64,000 bases of DNA, from contig OZ316891.1 of the NCBI GenBank assembly GCA_973895155.1, positions 7,247,808 through 7,311,807 of the forward strand, written 5' to 3'. This DNA comes from Marsupella aquatica (lineage: Eukaryota; Plantae; Marchantiophyta). Both the position numbers and the translations under genes were made by a program. Positions 24,674 to 36,256 of this stretch are shown here, in pieces. The stretch's first letter is position 1, and each line of letters begins with the position of its first letter. Below the pieces are notes generated by a model. It made no database searches, had not been told where the DNA came from, and saw only the letters and a program-made list of their open reading frames with translations.

Positions 24674-25589
24674 ACTTCCTTTGCTGCTAGTATTCTACCA
24701 TTTGTCTGAGAGTCTTGTTCTCAAGCTCTCTTTTTTAATTTTAAGGGTTTAGGGTGCTATTCCATGTCTCGCACTAGCCAATGGTGGTTGAAACACCAGC
24801 TACAATAAGATATTTACAGGTGTCATAAAACATTCTTGGACATTTTAAATATCTTACTTAACTTTTAGAATGTCTCAGTAAATGCAGATTGACGTATGAA
24901 AAAAAACTCTTTAGCAAAGGTAACTGCCAGCTATACTCTACACTGAAAGAGTGGAGAACACTCCTCTGTATTGGATCTATCCTATCTCAAAATCTGGAAA
25001 AATGCACAAAGCAACATAGTGATACAACAATGTTAAATGGTCCATCCAAGCAGGCGTTCTGGGGTGTCCCACTACTCCCCCTGGAGCTATTTGTCCCCCT
25101 CCAAAACAGAGCAATTCAAGTGATGAATTGAGTCACATTTGAAACGGTGACTAATCCTACTATGCAATGAGTGATTGACCTAGAAATCCCCAACAACTGA
25201 TGAAGTGACCAATAGAATTGACAACAATGCAGTTCAGGTTGCAGATTAAGGGTTTAGGGTTACTTTAAATATCATGATTTTCACAATTGGTCAGGAAATG
25301 ACACACTTCCATCAAATGGCCACTGTTGTTGAAGCAAACCAGGTGGACCGGGTTACCAAGATTAGTCAATAATGTTCTCAAGAAAGTAAATGAGTGCACT
25401 ATTTTGTTTGTCCTCCCTGACCATGGTAAACAGTTGCTACCTTCCCCCTGAAAAGTTATGATAACTATCACTCACTTACCCTTTATTCAAAGTAAAACTA
25501 CTGAAGTGCCTCTGGTTTTGTATACCTGTTAACCAATGTTGGATGTCTACTAGCCCCGACTACCCGTTGTTTGAAAGTGAATTGCGGAG

Positions 25590-25910
25590 AGGACAATAAA
25601 AGTGTTACCAAAATATATTCTCTTTCATATTCTTTGAAGGTCAATGAAATGATAAAAACCCCATCATTTTAATAGTCATATATAATATACCATTATCCTT
25701 TCTATGCACATCCTTCTTTCTATGCACATCCTTCTTTCTATGCACATATGTGGTGGTGGGGCCATAGTGCACATTTTTTTTGAATGCGTTTCTTAGAAAT
25801 TATCACAAAAAACTTGCATGTACCAGTTTACATACATCATAGTCATGAGTTTTTCTATGCACATGATGGCCATGGAGTTACGGTCTAGAGGATTCACTCT
25901 AGACCTAGGC
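25590..25910 (-). repeat. Dispersed repeat family copy (inverted relative to 48140-48390); contains an 18-bp x2.7 tandem at 25699-25747
   Basis: CATGGAGTTACGGTCTAGAGGATTCACTCTAGA is approximately the reverse complement of TCTAGAGTGAAACCTCTAGACCTTAACTCCATG at 48152; flanks also align loosely. Confidence 0.6.
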
Positions 25911-26429
25911 TCTTAAAAGTAAACTTTTGTTGGCGCTTTTATAGTAAGATTGACAGTGTGCATGACAAATAAACATAGAGAGTGGGCGATGTCAGTGAGC
26001 AATTGAATGTGTGCAAGGATGAAATGGGTATGCAGGTAATGTGAGCGAGGTACATCTTAGAGGCATTGTTTACAGTGGTCCATCCAGGTTGGAGTGGTCA
26101 ATAGTCACTTTGCAAGAATTCAAACCACATCCAGGTATATGGTCTCTACTTATCAATCCTACAAGGCAAGGAGGCTATAGCTAAGAGTCCTTGTAAGACC
26201 TCCACATCAGCATTTTCTTGGGCCCACTGCTAGCCATGTAGGTAGTAGACAAAAGACCCATGGAGCGGAGCCAGTTGTAGAGGGGAAAACTCCTGCTCCT
26301 TTACGGCCGATCGGGCACGGGCTACAGTGCTGGGATCCCTTCTGCAAGGAGCATTAATGAGGGGACCCGGGCCTCTTTGAGGAGGGGTCATTTACTGGGG
26401 CTGACCGTCTCCATTTGTGCTTTGCCAAG

Positions 26430-26837
26430 GGAGAACAACTACATTTTTTTGCGCTTTACGTTTATTGTCTGTCATGTTGTTTCTAGGCCCTTCTTACGTT
26501 GTTTGTGTATGTCATCTAAGACGACGCAAAATGGGGCACGTTAATAACCCAACCAGAGACGATGCTATTTATGTCCTCAGATGCATCCCAAAGTACAAGC
26601 CACGAGAGGACGTAAAATGTGAATTCAGAGCAAGGGAAGGGGAAATGCACGCTGGACTTGATGACGTGCGTAAGAAGAATAGTATAGTACGTCTAGGGCG
26701 GAGACGTTACGTGAAATTTGTAGTTGTTTGGAACGTCAAACAAATAGGCGTATTGGAGGATGTAACCACACAATGTTGTTTTGGCTTCGGTAATGTTAGC
26801 TATGTCTTGAGATGTAAATTATGTTTACATCGTAGTG
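26430..26837. mobile_element. Possible degenerate CACTA terminus (GACG/GACGT-rich array ending in TAGTG)
   Basis: Many AGACG/GACGT/GATGT motifs, ending TACATCGTAGTG. No partner TIR found. Confidence 0.3.
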
Positions 26838-28287
26838 GGCTTTGAGATAGCCTAGCATTATGCATTATTTTATAACGAACAATGTGTGAAAAGATGTACA
26901 TACAGATGATGGGAGGATGTAGACATGGTTTACATGTACAATGTCCCTTGCGTGGTAAAGTGGGTGTTAAGGGTGATGCTTATGGCTTTGATTTGGTTGT
27001 GGGGGACGCCATGGATCATTGGACCTCTTTGGTCTTCTCAGGGCCTTTTTCCCTTCCTTTACCCTTTCTAGTTATTTGGCTGCTCCGCCTGGGTGTCTCC
27101 CAGTTTGGCATTTTTGTTTGTTGACATTATGATAGATAATAAAAGTTTTTGTAAAGCCTGCTGCAACCATTTTCTTTCATTATGTTGTCCAATTTAATAT
27201 CTAAGAGAGCAGAAAGAAGCAATGGGTCCCAAAGTTTGAGTACTTTCCAACTTACCTTGGTCCTCTATTTTGGTCCTCTATTTGGACTCTAACCCGATCG
27301 ATTGGACACAAAGCTAACTTGCTAGGCCCATAACTTTCTAGTTAGGCGTCCGTAGGTGAATTGCCTGGGCCCTCAAAACCCATCGTCAGGCAGGGGTCCC
27401 GGATGGCTACATCCGACCCTCACCAAGCGTCTGTTCTGCATGAATCAAACTGCTTTGGCATTGGGCCCAAGAGGAACTCTCACTCAAGTACTCAAAAATT
27501 AGAGTTTGTCTAGAGGGCCGGACGGTCAGCCCTGAGCTCGGCCCTTCCCATGACCCGACCGGCTCCTAATGTCAGCCTAAGTCCTTTGTGTGCACCACTA
27601 GCTTAACGAATCGTCGTTGCTAGTGGAGTGCTTCCTTGCCCACAAGTTTCCCTATACTTACTTGGTCCCCACCGGATGGCCGTCCTGGAAGCTTGGACTA
27701 TAGAGGAGCTTGATGTTGGAGTCAGCAACATCGGAGTTAAGTGTTAGGGTAATCGAGTTCTGTGACTCTACTCCATCAACTGGCGTCCAAGTCCTGATTG
27801 TTCACCTTTTCCAGTCTTTTCTTTGTTTGCTGGGACAATTGTGAGCAATGTGTCCCCTTTGTTTACACCCAAAGCATGCATCTTGTGACATAGATGACAT
27901 CCACCCAAAAGCTAACCACATTCTAGATAACCAGGTTTATGGACTCACCAATTTGGCCCCTTAAAGTTTGTAGTGAGCATTCCACGCTCAACGAAAGGCT
28001 TTATGACTTCCATTAGCCTGTTTCTCTCATAGCAACAGACCCCACTAGCAGAATCAATGGCTATCCTTCAATCTAGAGTGATCTAACGGTCATAAACTAA
28101 TCTAGGAACATTATATAAGTAATATTCTTTGCATCTTCTCCTTCGAAGACTTTGAATACGACTGTTGTCATTTCGAGATTTGGGCAAAATCTCTTCATCT
28201 CCGTGCCGACACAATTGACGCATTGCGAGTCTGTGATTGATCGGCGTCTTTGTCGCTCTCCGGGCGGCGCTGCCAGTTTGATGCAAC

Positions 28288-28830
28288 GTGAATCGGAGAC
28301 GGATTTGGCTCACGCTGCTGTGTGAATTGCCGCTCACAGCTCTTTCGCAGCTGCTGAAATCATTCGGTCTCTGAGATTGGCCAATCTTGTCAATGAAATC
28401 GGATGAGTGAAGCAGTGAAGCAATTGCAGTCACGAGGTGCCATCTGTGCTGAAGGTTGGATGCGATTTTATCGAACAGGCTGAGGGCTAGGGTTGTTTTG
28501 ACTCCATGAGTTGATTCATTTGCACAGACTAGACGTCGTCTGTGCTGCAAGGTGTGCGAATCGGAGACGGATTCGGCTCATGCTCCTGTCTGCATTGCCG
28601 CTGACAGCTCCTTTTTGGCTGCTGCTTCTGTAGCATATCATTCTAGTCGCCCATTCCGGACTGAGATTGGACTGTGAATGGGTTCGAGTGAGTGAAGCAG
28701 TGAAGCAATTTCAGTGAGGAGCTGTGATCTCTGCTGAAGGTCGGAGGCGGTTGTAGCGAGTCTATGACTGATTGGCTGAGCATTAGGGTTGTCTCCATGA
28801 TTCGATTCATTTGCACGGAATAGACGTCGT
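28288..28830. repeat. Diverged ~270-bp tandem duplication upstream of the PPR gene
   Basis: GAATCGGAGACGGATT..GAGTGAAGCAGTGAAGCAATT..GATTCATTTGCAC..TAGACGTCGTC at ~28288-28540 and ~28556-28830. Confidence 0.85.
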
Positions 28831-29462
28831 CGTCCGTGGACCAGGCTGTTCTGGATTTCCGGTGCGATTTTGGGTTTTGGTCGGAGCTGAGGAGGGCCTG
28901 GTAATGTCATTGCAGCGTTGGACTAAACTTTGGGGTAAGGAATTTATCCTCCAGAGAAAGAATGGATACAGCGTGCGCCACATAGGAAGTTGATTTGAAG
29001 TCGGCTCAGATTTCAATCCAGAATGTTTTTGCGGCAAGCATTATGATCGTTGATCTCTGGAGCTAATGAACATTGGTGGAGAGTTCTTGCTTCTACTTTT
29101 GCAGCTCAATACTTCGAAAGATTCGGCGGCATTGCCCGAACATTGGGAATTTGGAACTCAGCTTGACGAGCTTGTGCGTCTTGGACCAGAGGGGAGCGAA
29201 ATTCAGCTCAGCATGTGAGATCAACATCAAGACTGCGTTGCAAAGTTGGGAAGTAGTCTAGATGTCACGATACTTCCCCTTGGATCTACGGATTACAGTC
29301 CGCGAAGTGTGGCCGGCATCGCATGGGATAAACTAGCCAGGAAGCTAGATTCTTGTAGATGGTCCCGTCGATTATCGATGAAGTTAGCCTCATCCAGTCT
29401 TGGCGTTGCGCGGCGCTTTGGCCGTGGCAGTTTGTCAAAATAATGAATTTGTGTGCTCTTCA

Positions 29463-31949
29463 ATGGATTCTTTGCGTTCCAGCTTGGGACGTCACTTCCA
29501 GCATTTTGTGAGGCGTGCCAACTTTCGAAAGTACCACTACGAAGCAGCTGGCCTTGAGTTAGGGGCGTGGGACAAGCTGATTTGCGAAGTGATCAGAGCC
29601 GGGCAGCTCGGGAGCCTTTCCAATTCGGAGGACAGTTCTCTGCTAAAGGATGAATTTGCAAAAGCTTTAGGGTTGTCAGGTTCAGCTGGAGAGTTTGAGG
29701 ACTTAGAGGTCGCCCCAACTGGGCCTCTAGACAGGCTTGCAAGAAGCAGGGCCAGGAAGCGGGGCTCACTTATATCCCAGTATTCGAAAGGCCGGTTAGG
29801 TTACCTTCCTAATCTTGACAGTTCGTACTTCAGTGGGGCTGGGTACCAGTGGCGATCGTCTTCAACTCTACAAGAGGCCAGCTCAGGGTCCAGGACAGGC
29901 AGTGAGGTAGAACTTGCGGTTGTGGATGTGAAGAAGTATTCTTCTGAATTGAGTGTTAGGCAATCTAGTGATTTGAGAAAACATGGACAAGAGAGTAGTT
30001 TGCATACACGCGGAGCTTTGTCGAAGAAGAAACCACCGAAAGCAATGGGCGCTGCTACAGCGGTTTGGGATATACACGCAGTGCTTAGCTCAGACTGTTG
30101 GGGACCCGCTACTGAAGATGCTCTCGGCAAATTGGGTTTGCAGTTACGGAACCACCATGTAAGTCAGGTGCTTCGGGGCCTGAAAGATTCAAAGTTGGCT
30201 TGGGAATTTTTCAAGTGGTGCAAGAAGCAAGAAGGGTACAATCACGATGCCCTGAACTACAACATGATGATTGGAATGCTAGCCGCAGATCGAGTTTCGA
30301 AGCCTGTTTTGCCTTTACTTGAGGTGATGTGTGTGGAGGGCTTTGAGGTTTATCCTAAAACTCTCGTCACGATAATTCTTAATTTTGATAAATGCGATAA
30401 GATACAGGACGTCCTGCACATCTTTAGCCAAACAGGGAGATACAAGATGCAAGTAAATGTGGGTGTCTACACCTGTCTGATTGATGTGCTTGCAAGGAGG
30501 GAAGAATACCAGCAGGTCATGAAATTCTACTCGGTTATGCAGAAGTCTAACTGGACATTAGATAATACTGCCTATAATGTGCTGATGCGGGCATTTGGCC
30601 GGGCTAAGAATGCGGGCAAGGTCTGTAGCCTTTTCCAAGAAATGAAGGAGAAAGGTTGCAGTCCTGACATGTACACATTTGGATTTCTAGTTGGTGCCCT
30701 CGCAAAGGCCGGGAGAATGGAAGAGGCTTTGCTTCACTTCAGGGAAATGGAAAAATGTGGTTTGACACCAGACGTGCCTACTTATAACATTGTTATTGAC
30801 TGCCTTGGGAAAACCGGTAAACTTGATGAAGCCTATGTGCTGCATAGAGAGATGGTGGACAGGGGACTTAAACCAGATGTGGTAACTTACAATTCTCTGT
30901 TTGATTCCCTCGGAAAGTCTGGCCAAGTAAACGATGTGCACAAGCTTTACAAGGAAATGTTGAGCAGCGGCATTTTTCCCAACGAATTTACATGTTCCAT
31001 TCTTGTTGAGGCTTTAGGTAGAGCTGGCAGATTGCAAACAGCATGTGATCTATTCCTGGATATGATGAAGACACCTGGGTTCAAAATGGACGTGATTGTG
31101 TACAACACCATGCTAAATAGGCTGAGCAAAGCAGGCCGTTTGGACCAATTACGCAGACTGTTTGGAGAAATGAAAGAAGTGGGGCAGCAACCTGATGTTT
31201 ATACGTACAACATCGTGATCGGTGCTCTCTGTGAGGGACAGGAGTTCCAGATAGGACATCAAGTGTTCATGGAAATGAAATCCGCCGGATGTCCTCCTGA
31301 TGTTGTCACCTACAACAATCTCATACATAGCTGGGGCAGGGCGGGTAAAGTTGCTCGAGCAAAGAAGCTGTTCCAACAGATGATAAGAGATGGACTTGTT
31401 CCCGATCAAATCTCTCACAACATAATGATTAATGTTCTAGGCAAGGCGCAAAAGAGTGACCAAGCATTGAAAGTTTTGAAGGATATGAAAGACAGGGGTA
31501 TGAGGCCCGATGTCGTCACTTATAACAGGCTTATCGATACTTTTGGGAAAGCAGGTGATTGCAAAGCTGCCCATTTGCTCTACACTGAAATGTTAGAGAA
31601 TGGCATTGCTCCTGATCACATCACCTTCACTGTACTGATCAACGGTCTTGCCAGAAATTATAAAGTTGATGCAGCTCGGAAAGTATATCGCGAAATGAGA
31701 GATAGGGGTCTTCGTGCTGATGTGGTCACATTCAACAGTCTTATCTGTGGATATATTAGAGAAGGTAGAATTGCGGAAGCTAATGAAATACTTATTAGGA
31801 TGAAAGCTAGTAAGGTTGAACCCTCTGCCACCACTTATGCGATACTTATTGATGGCAATGCTAGACACAACAATGATGATTTGGTATTCAAACTACGCGA
31901 GGAGAGAATAAAGGCTGGATTTTCAGCTGAATGGAGTGAGGTCATGTAA
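29463..31949 (+). CDS. P-class pentatricopeptide repeat protein, single exon, ~16 PPR motifs, no E/DYW or SMR domain
   Basis: 35-aa repeats of the type PDVVTYNxLIxxxGKAG. First in-frame ATG at 29463 (the ORF track starts at TTG 29400). Confidence 0.95.
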   Translation: MDSLRSSLGRHFQHFVRRANFRKYHYEAAGLELGAWDKLICEVIRAGQLGSLSNSEDSSLLKDEFAKALGLSGSAGEFEDLEVAPTGPLDRLARSRARKRGSLISQYSKGRLGYLPNLDSSYFSGAGYQWRSSSTLQEASSGSRTGSEVELAVVDVKKYSSELSVRQSSDLRKHGQESSLHTRGALSKKKPPKAMGAATAVWDIHAVLSSDCWGPATEDALGKLGLQLRNHHVSQVLRGLKDSKLAWEFFKWCKKQEGYNHDALNYNMMIGMLAADRVSKPVLPLLEVMCVEGFEVYPKTLVTIILNFDKCDKIQDVLHIFSQTGRYKMQVNVGVYTCLIDVLARREEYQQVMKFYSVMQKSNWTLDNTAYNVLMRAFGRAKNAGKVCSLFQEMKEKGCSPDMYTFGFLVGALAKAGRMEEALLHFREMEKCGLTPDVPTYNIVIDCLGKTGKLDEAYVLHREMVDRGLKPDVVTYNSLFDSLGKSGQVNDVHKLYKEMLSSGIFPNEFTCSILVEALGRAGRLQTACDLFLDMMKTPGFKMDVIVYNTMLNRLSKAGRLDQLRRLFGEMKEVGQQPDVYTYNIVIGALCEGQEFQIGHQVFMEMKSAGCPPDVVTYNNLIHSWGRAGKVARAKKLFQQMIRDGLVPDQISHNIMINVLGKAQKSDQALKVLKDMKDRGMRPDVVTYNRLIDTFGKAGDCKAAHLLYTEMLENGIAPDHITFTVLINGLARNYKVDAARKVYREMRDRGLRADVVTFNSLICGYIREGRIAEANEILIRMKASKVEPSATTYAILIDGNARHNNDDLVFKLREERIKAGFSAEWSEVM

Positions 31950-33039
31950 ATTTTCCCTGCTAAGGAAACTTTTCCAGCCTCACTTCAATGTTCCTCACAT
32001 TGAGTGTGTTTTTCTCCTCAGCTTTCATTAGCGGATGGGGAGCTCTCGTACGTTTCCATCAGTTATTTTCTGATTGTCTGAGATCTAGCAGATACTGTGA
32101 GTTGAATGTTATTCAGCATTCTTTGTCTTGACCTCAAAAGTAGTAGGTGTAGAGCTATTGAATGAATTGGCTGTTTTGCCCATGATGTACAGCAAGATTT
32201 CAATTGGAGTTGAACCAATTCGTGGGTTTACATGTGAATCTGAATTTGAGGATACACCGTATCCGTGTGTGATAAGAACGGTGATCTTCTGACAGGCACA
32301 GGCTGCTCTTTGATGAGCAAGAGCATCTTGGCAGCCTACCTGTTTGTGCTTTCTCAAAGTAAGGTCACTATTTCTCGTACTTGACCAAGGTCCCAGGTTC
32401 AATTAGTGCACTTTGCAGGCTTACAGGAATTGGACTTGCAGCTTAGTGCTTGCGGTAGTTCAACTAGATCCGTACTGGAGCAAACTATTGCCTTGATCTT
32501 AGCATGCTGAGCTTTGGTGGATTCTACGTCAGTTCCCAGTTCAATTCAGCAAAATATTCCATTCAATTTGGTCTTTCAGCGTAGAGTAAAGCACTGTAGA
32601 AAGTGTTTTCTGGGATATTTTCTTGAGTATAAAGGGTGTGTGGGAAAGCACGCCTAGACAGGGCTTTAGCAAGCTTCAGAAGCACAAGTGAAGATATTCT
32701 CTTTGGGTGTCAATACGCGAGACCTCCTGGAGGGTATTTTTATCCTGGATAAGCGAGAGTAGACAAGGCTTTAGTAAGCTTGAAGCAAAGACTGAACTTC
32801 TCACGGAGATTATGACACATAAAGGACTTTAGTAAGCTCTTTAGTAAAGCTTGAAGTTGGTAAACTTTTTCCCCAAAGGACAAAAGAAAATACAAATACT
32901 TGAGGGTGAGCTTTTTCACACAGGACAACCAGAGCAATCCAGACTCCGATGTAGATTTTGACGCATAAAGCATAGCAAACCAATCTAACAAAGCTTTGTT
33001 TCCAGGGCATTGTGGGACAGTGTTAACAAGAGCTGCAGC

Positions 33040-33355
33040 TTGAGTTTTGAGAGGTTATTATTGCCCATAATGCTCTGGTAACAAGACTTACAAGTCTAGG
33101 CGATGTTTAGTTTTACTAGTTTCAGTAAAAGCAAAGGAGAATATGCATAATTGATCAAAATCTGAGTTTTGAGGGGAGATTATGGCCCCTAATGCTTTGG
33201 TAATAGGACCTTAATATATATGAAGGCCTAAGAGATTTTTATTTTCACTAATTTTAGTAAAAATACAGGAGAATCTTCATAGTGATGTGATCCAAATCAA
33301 GAAGTGCATTTTTCTCCAATAATGGCCTGAATATTACAAAGAGAACAATCATGAA
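33040..33355 (+). repeat. Dispersed repeat (two ~130-bp tandem units), related to 39415-39650
   Basis: TTATTGCCCATAATGC..GGCCTAAGAGA..TTTAGTAAA..TTACAAAGAGAA shared with 39415-39650. Confidence 0.65.
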
Positions 33356-33857
33356 AAGGCATTAAGAATAGGATAATGTCCTGGTTAGAGGGCATTATGA
33401 GAATATGCATGTGTAACTAGGACATTAGTATACGTAAAAACTTGAGTAATTTTTTGGTAACAGACAAGAAAAAGTGAACCTTTGAAATTAAAAATTGAAG
33501 TTAAAGGGCCATGTAAGAAGCAACTTATGTAATTGGCCAAAAACATGAAAGAATTTCAAAGCAAATCTTATGATATTTGATACAGTTAACTATTTTGTTT
33601 TATATAGTAAAATTGTATTTGGGTTTTACATTTCCTACATTTATGGTGTTTCGCATAACCCTCTCTTCAAAAGAAAGGAAGTTGTATGCAAAATTAATGC
33701 ACTAAAAAATACAAAGAAATAAATTACAAAAGTCTTTACAAATATTGTAAAGTACTGTTTGCATGACATAGAGTGCCATAATGCTTTGGTAACAGGTCCT
33801 CAATACACTTCCTTTCTGCGAAGTTTCACTGATTTCCCTTTTCAACTTTAAGTACAT

Positions 33858-34043
33858 TGTCACTAAAGATGTTTGAATTTACAATATTGCCACTATTTTT
33901 TGTAGTTACAAAACTGCCACGGTTTCCTTATATAACTCCCCTGGTTTCCTTGGTGAACTTGTCATTTATATATGAAACCATGGTATTTGTATAAGTACGA
34001 AAAAATAGTGGCAGTATTATAATTTAGAACATATTTAGTGGCA
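33858..34043. mobile_element. MITE-like long inverted repeat (~75-bp arms)
   Basis: TGTCACTAAAGATGTT..TTGCCACTATTTTT..CCACGGTTTC pairs with GAAACCATGG..AAAAATAGTGGCAG..AACATATTTAGTGGCA. Confidence 0.7.
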
Positions 34044-34123
34044 AGTGCTGTTTCCCTTTAGAAAACAAAAAATGTTACATAGAGAAAAATCACCCTGCGG
34101 GCATTCAGGTTTGATATCCTATC

Positions 34124-34447
34124 TGTTGAGCATAGACGACATTCGCAACGGCAAGCCCATGAACCATCCAACGCACAAGAGTCAACACAGAGAGATACGT
34201 GGTTCACCTCGACATGAGGCTACGTCCACGGGAACACACAAGAGCTTTATTGCACTCTAGGCCGACCGGCCATACCAAACATCCACAGCACAAGCTCTCC
34301 CTACATCTCAACTAGCTCCATCATAATGAGCCTAAGTTCCACCAGGGTCTGCACAATAACACTACCGCTAACATTAGCTAAGTCCTAACCCGAGTTAGAC
34401 TAACTGTGGTTAGCTCATGAGTCACAAGACTAGAGCAATATCTAACA
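34124..34447 (-). mobile_element. Copia solo LTR, same family as the 40638-47307 element, TSD CTATC
   Basis: TGTTGAGC...CTAACA, highly similar to the full element's LTRs apart from a ~20-bp deletion. CTATC at 34119-34123 and 34448-34452. Confidence 0.95.
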
Positions 34448-34516
34448 CTATCTTGACACTGCTATATTGGTGAATCCAACTTTCATGTTTTGTCTTATTC
34501 ATATTTTTGTATCATG

Positions 34517-35415
34517 TATTTTTATTTGAATTTACCTTAACATGGGGCATCCTTTGTATCATATAAACTTTTAATTCATTTTTGGACTCCTTTAATTTGT
34601 TGGTATCCTATGTTAGGTATTGCTCTTAGTCTTGTGACTCTTAAGCTAACCACAGGTAGGCTAACTCAGGTTAGGACTTAGCTAAGGTTAGCGGTAGTGC
34701 TGTTGTGTATAAAGCCAGGGTTGGGGCCAGTCCCTGGTGGATCTTCAGCTCATTGTTGGAGTGGAGCAAGAGAGAAGTAAAGGTCTCTTGTTTTCCCGTG
34801 GACGTAACCTCAGACGTGAGATGAACCACATACTCATTGTGTCGACTACCTGGTGTTCACATGTGCATGGTGTCTTGGGATAAGGATTATCCCCAACATC
34901 CTATAGTATTCTGAATTTATTTTGTCAGCCCCCTTAATTTTTTTTATTTGAATGTACCTTAACAAGGGGCATCCTTTGTATCATATAAACTTTTAATTCA
35001 TTTTTGGACCCCTTTAATTTTTTTGGTATCCTATAGTATTTTGAATTTATTTTGGCAGCCCCCTTAACTTTAAAACTTTTTTATCTCCTAGAGAGAAACC
35101 AAGGGCTTCATTTTCTACCGCTTGTAAGTATTCTCATGAATGAGAGGAATGATTCTAAGTAATGTCAACACATCCTGTCTTAAGTTCCCCTCGCGGCTTT
35201 CTTTCCTAAGTTTATGGTTTTTAAATGAGTGACTCTTGGCAGCCCCCTTAATTTTTAAACTTTGTTATCTCCTAGAGAGAAACCAAGGGTTTCATTTTCT
35301 ACCGCTTGTAAGTATTCCCATGAATGAGAGGAATGATTCTAAGTAATGTCAACACATCCTGTCTTAAGTTCCCCTCACCGCTTTCTTTCCTAAGTTTATG
35401 GTTTTTGAATGAGAG
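34517..35415. repeat. Two successive tandem duplications: a ~130-bp unit x2 (first copy split by the LTR) and a ~184-bp unit x2 at ~35053-35415
   Basis: Direct sequence comparison of the copies. Confidence 0.85.
34611..34898 (+). mobile_element. Copia solo LTR of a sister subfamily in the opposite orientation, TSD TCCTA
   Basis: TGTTAG...CCCAACA. TCCTA at 34606-34610 and 34899-34903. 5' part matches the reverse complement of the 34124 LTR. Confidence 0.9.
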
Positions 35416-36256
35416 TTCATAAGGCACAGAGTTCATAAGACACATTGAACGAAGTGCACAACTCGTGTGTCATAAAATTTAATTGTACTTTTCATTGGTC
35501 ACTATGTGCTTTTATTTGCATGTGCTTTACTTATATTAATCTTATCCCATTCACATTTAATATAGTGTTACTCTCTAACTTTGTCCACTGACATATCACT
35601 ACTAGACAAAAAATAAAGCATGTTCCAATATGAGCATACTATATTCCAGTATGAGCAAGCTATATTTCAGCATGAGCATGCTATATGGCAAAGTGCTGTT
35701 TCCCTTTAGAAAACAGAAAATGTTACATAGAGAAAACTCCTGGATTTGGATTTCTAGGAGGGAACGGTTGCTGTGTGGGTAGACAAGTGGACAGATCTCT
35801 CCACGCTGTCTCCATGGTAGGTGCCTCTGGTTGTCTTTATGAAAAGCAACAGCAGAAAACACTTCAGTCGAGTTTGGGTCCTTCTACAGTTCTACTTCTA
35901 TCTTTCGCCGACAACAGCCAGCTTTTCTTGTATCAAACCCATTCTTCATCCACCAACATTCAGTACGTCACCTTCTCCGGAATCAGTCTCAGCATGAGCT
36001 TGCCAGAGCTCGATTGACTCCATTTCCAGTCAGTCAAGCGTTACGCGTTGCTAACAGAATACCGAAGTGGATCGTGGGCTCTGAATGAATTCGTTGCTTA
36101 TCCTGAATCCACTTCGGAGCACCGTTTTGAATGTGGAATTCTCAACCCAATTGGTTTGATGATTCCAGTGTTCCTTTTGTGGGGGGGATTACAGGTTGGC
36201 TGGATTGGCTCGTTGTGAGGAGAAATAAGTAGGGGTGCCGAACGGTCGTAGAAGAC

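Noticed and set aside
26417-28910. ORFs 26417-26845, 28083-28550 and 28638-28910 as genes
   Set aside because: No domains or splice structure; they coincide with repeat arrays and the duplicated upstream segment
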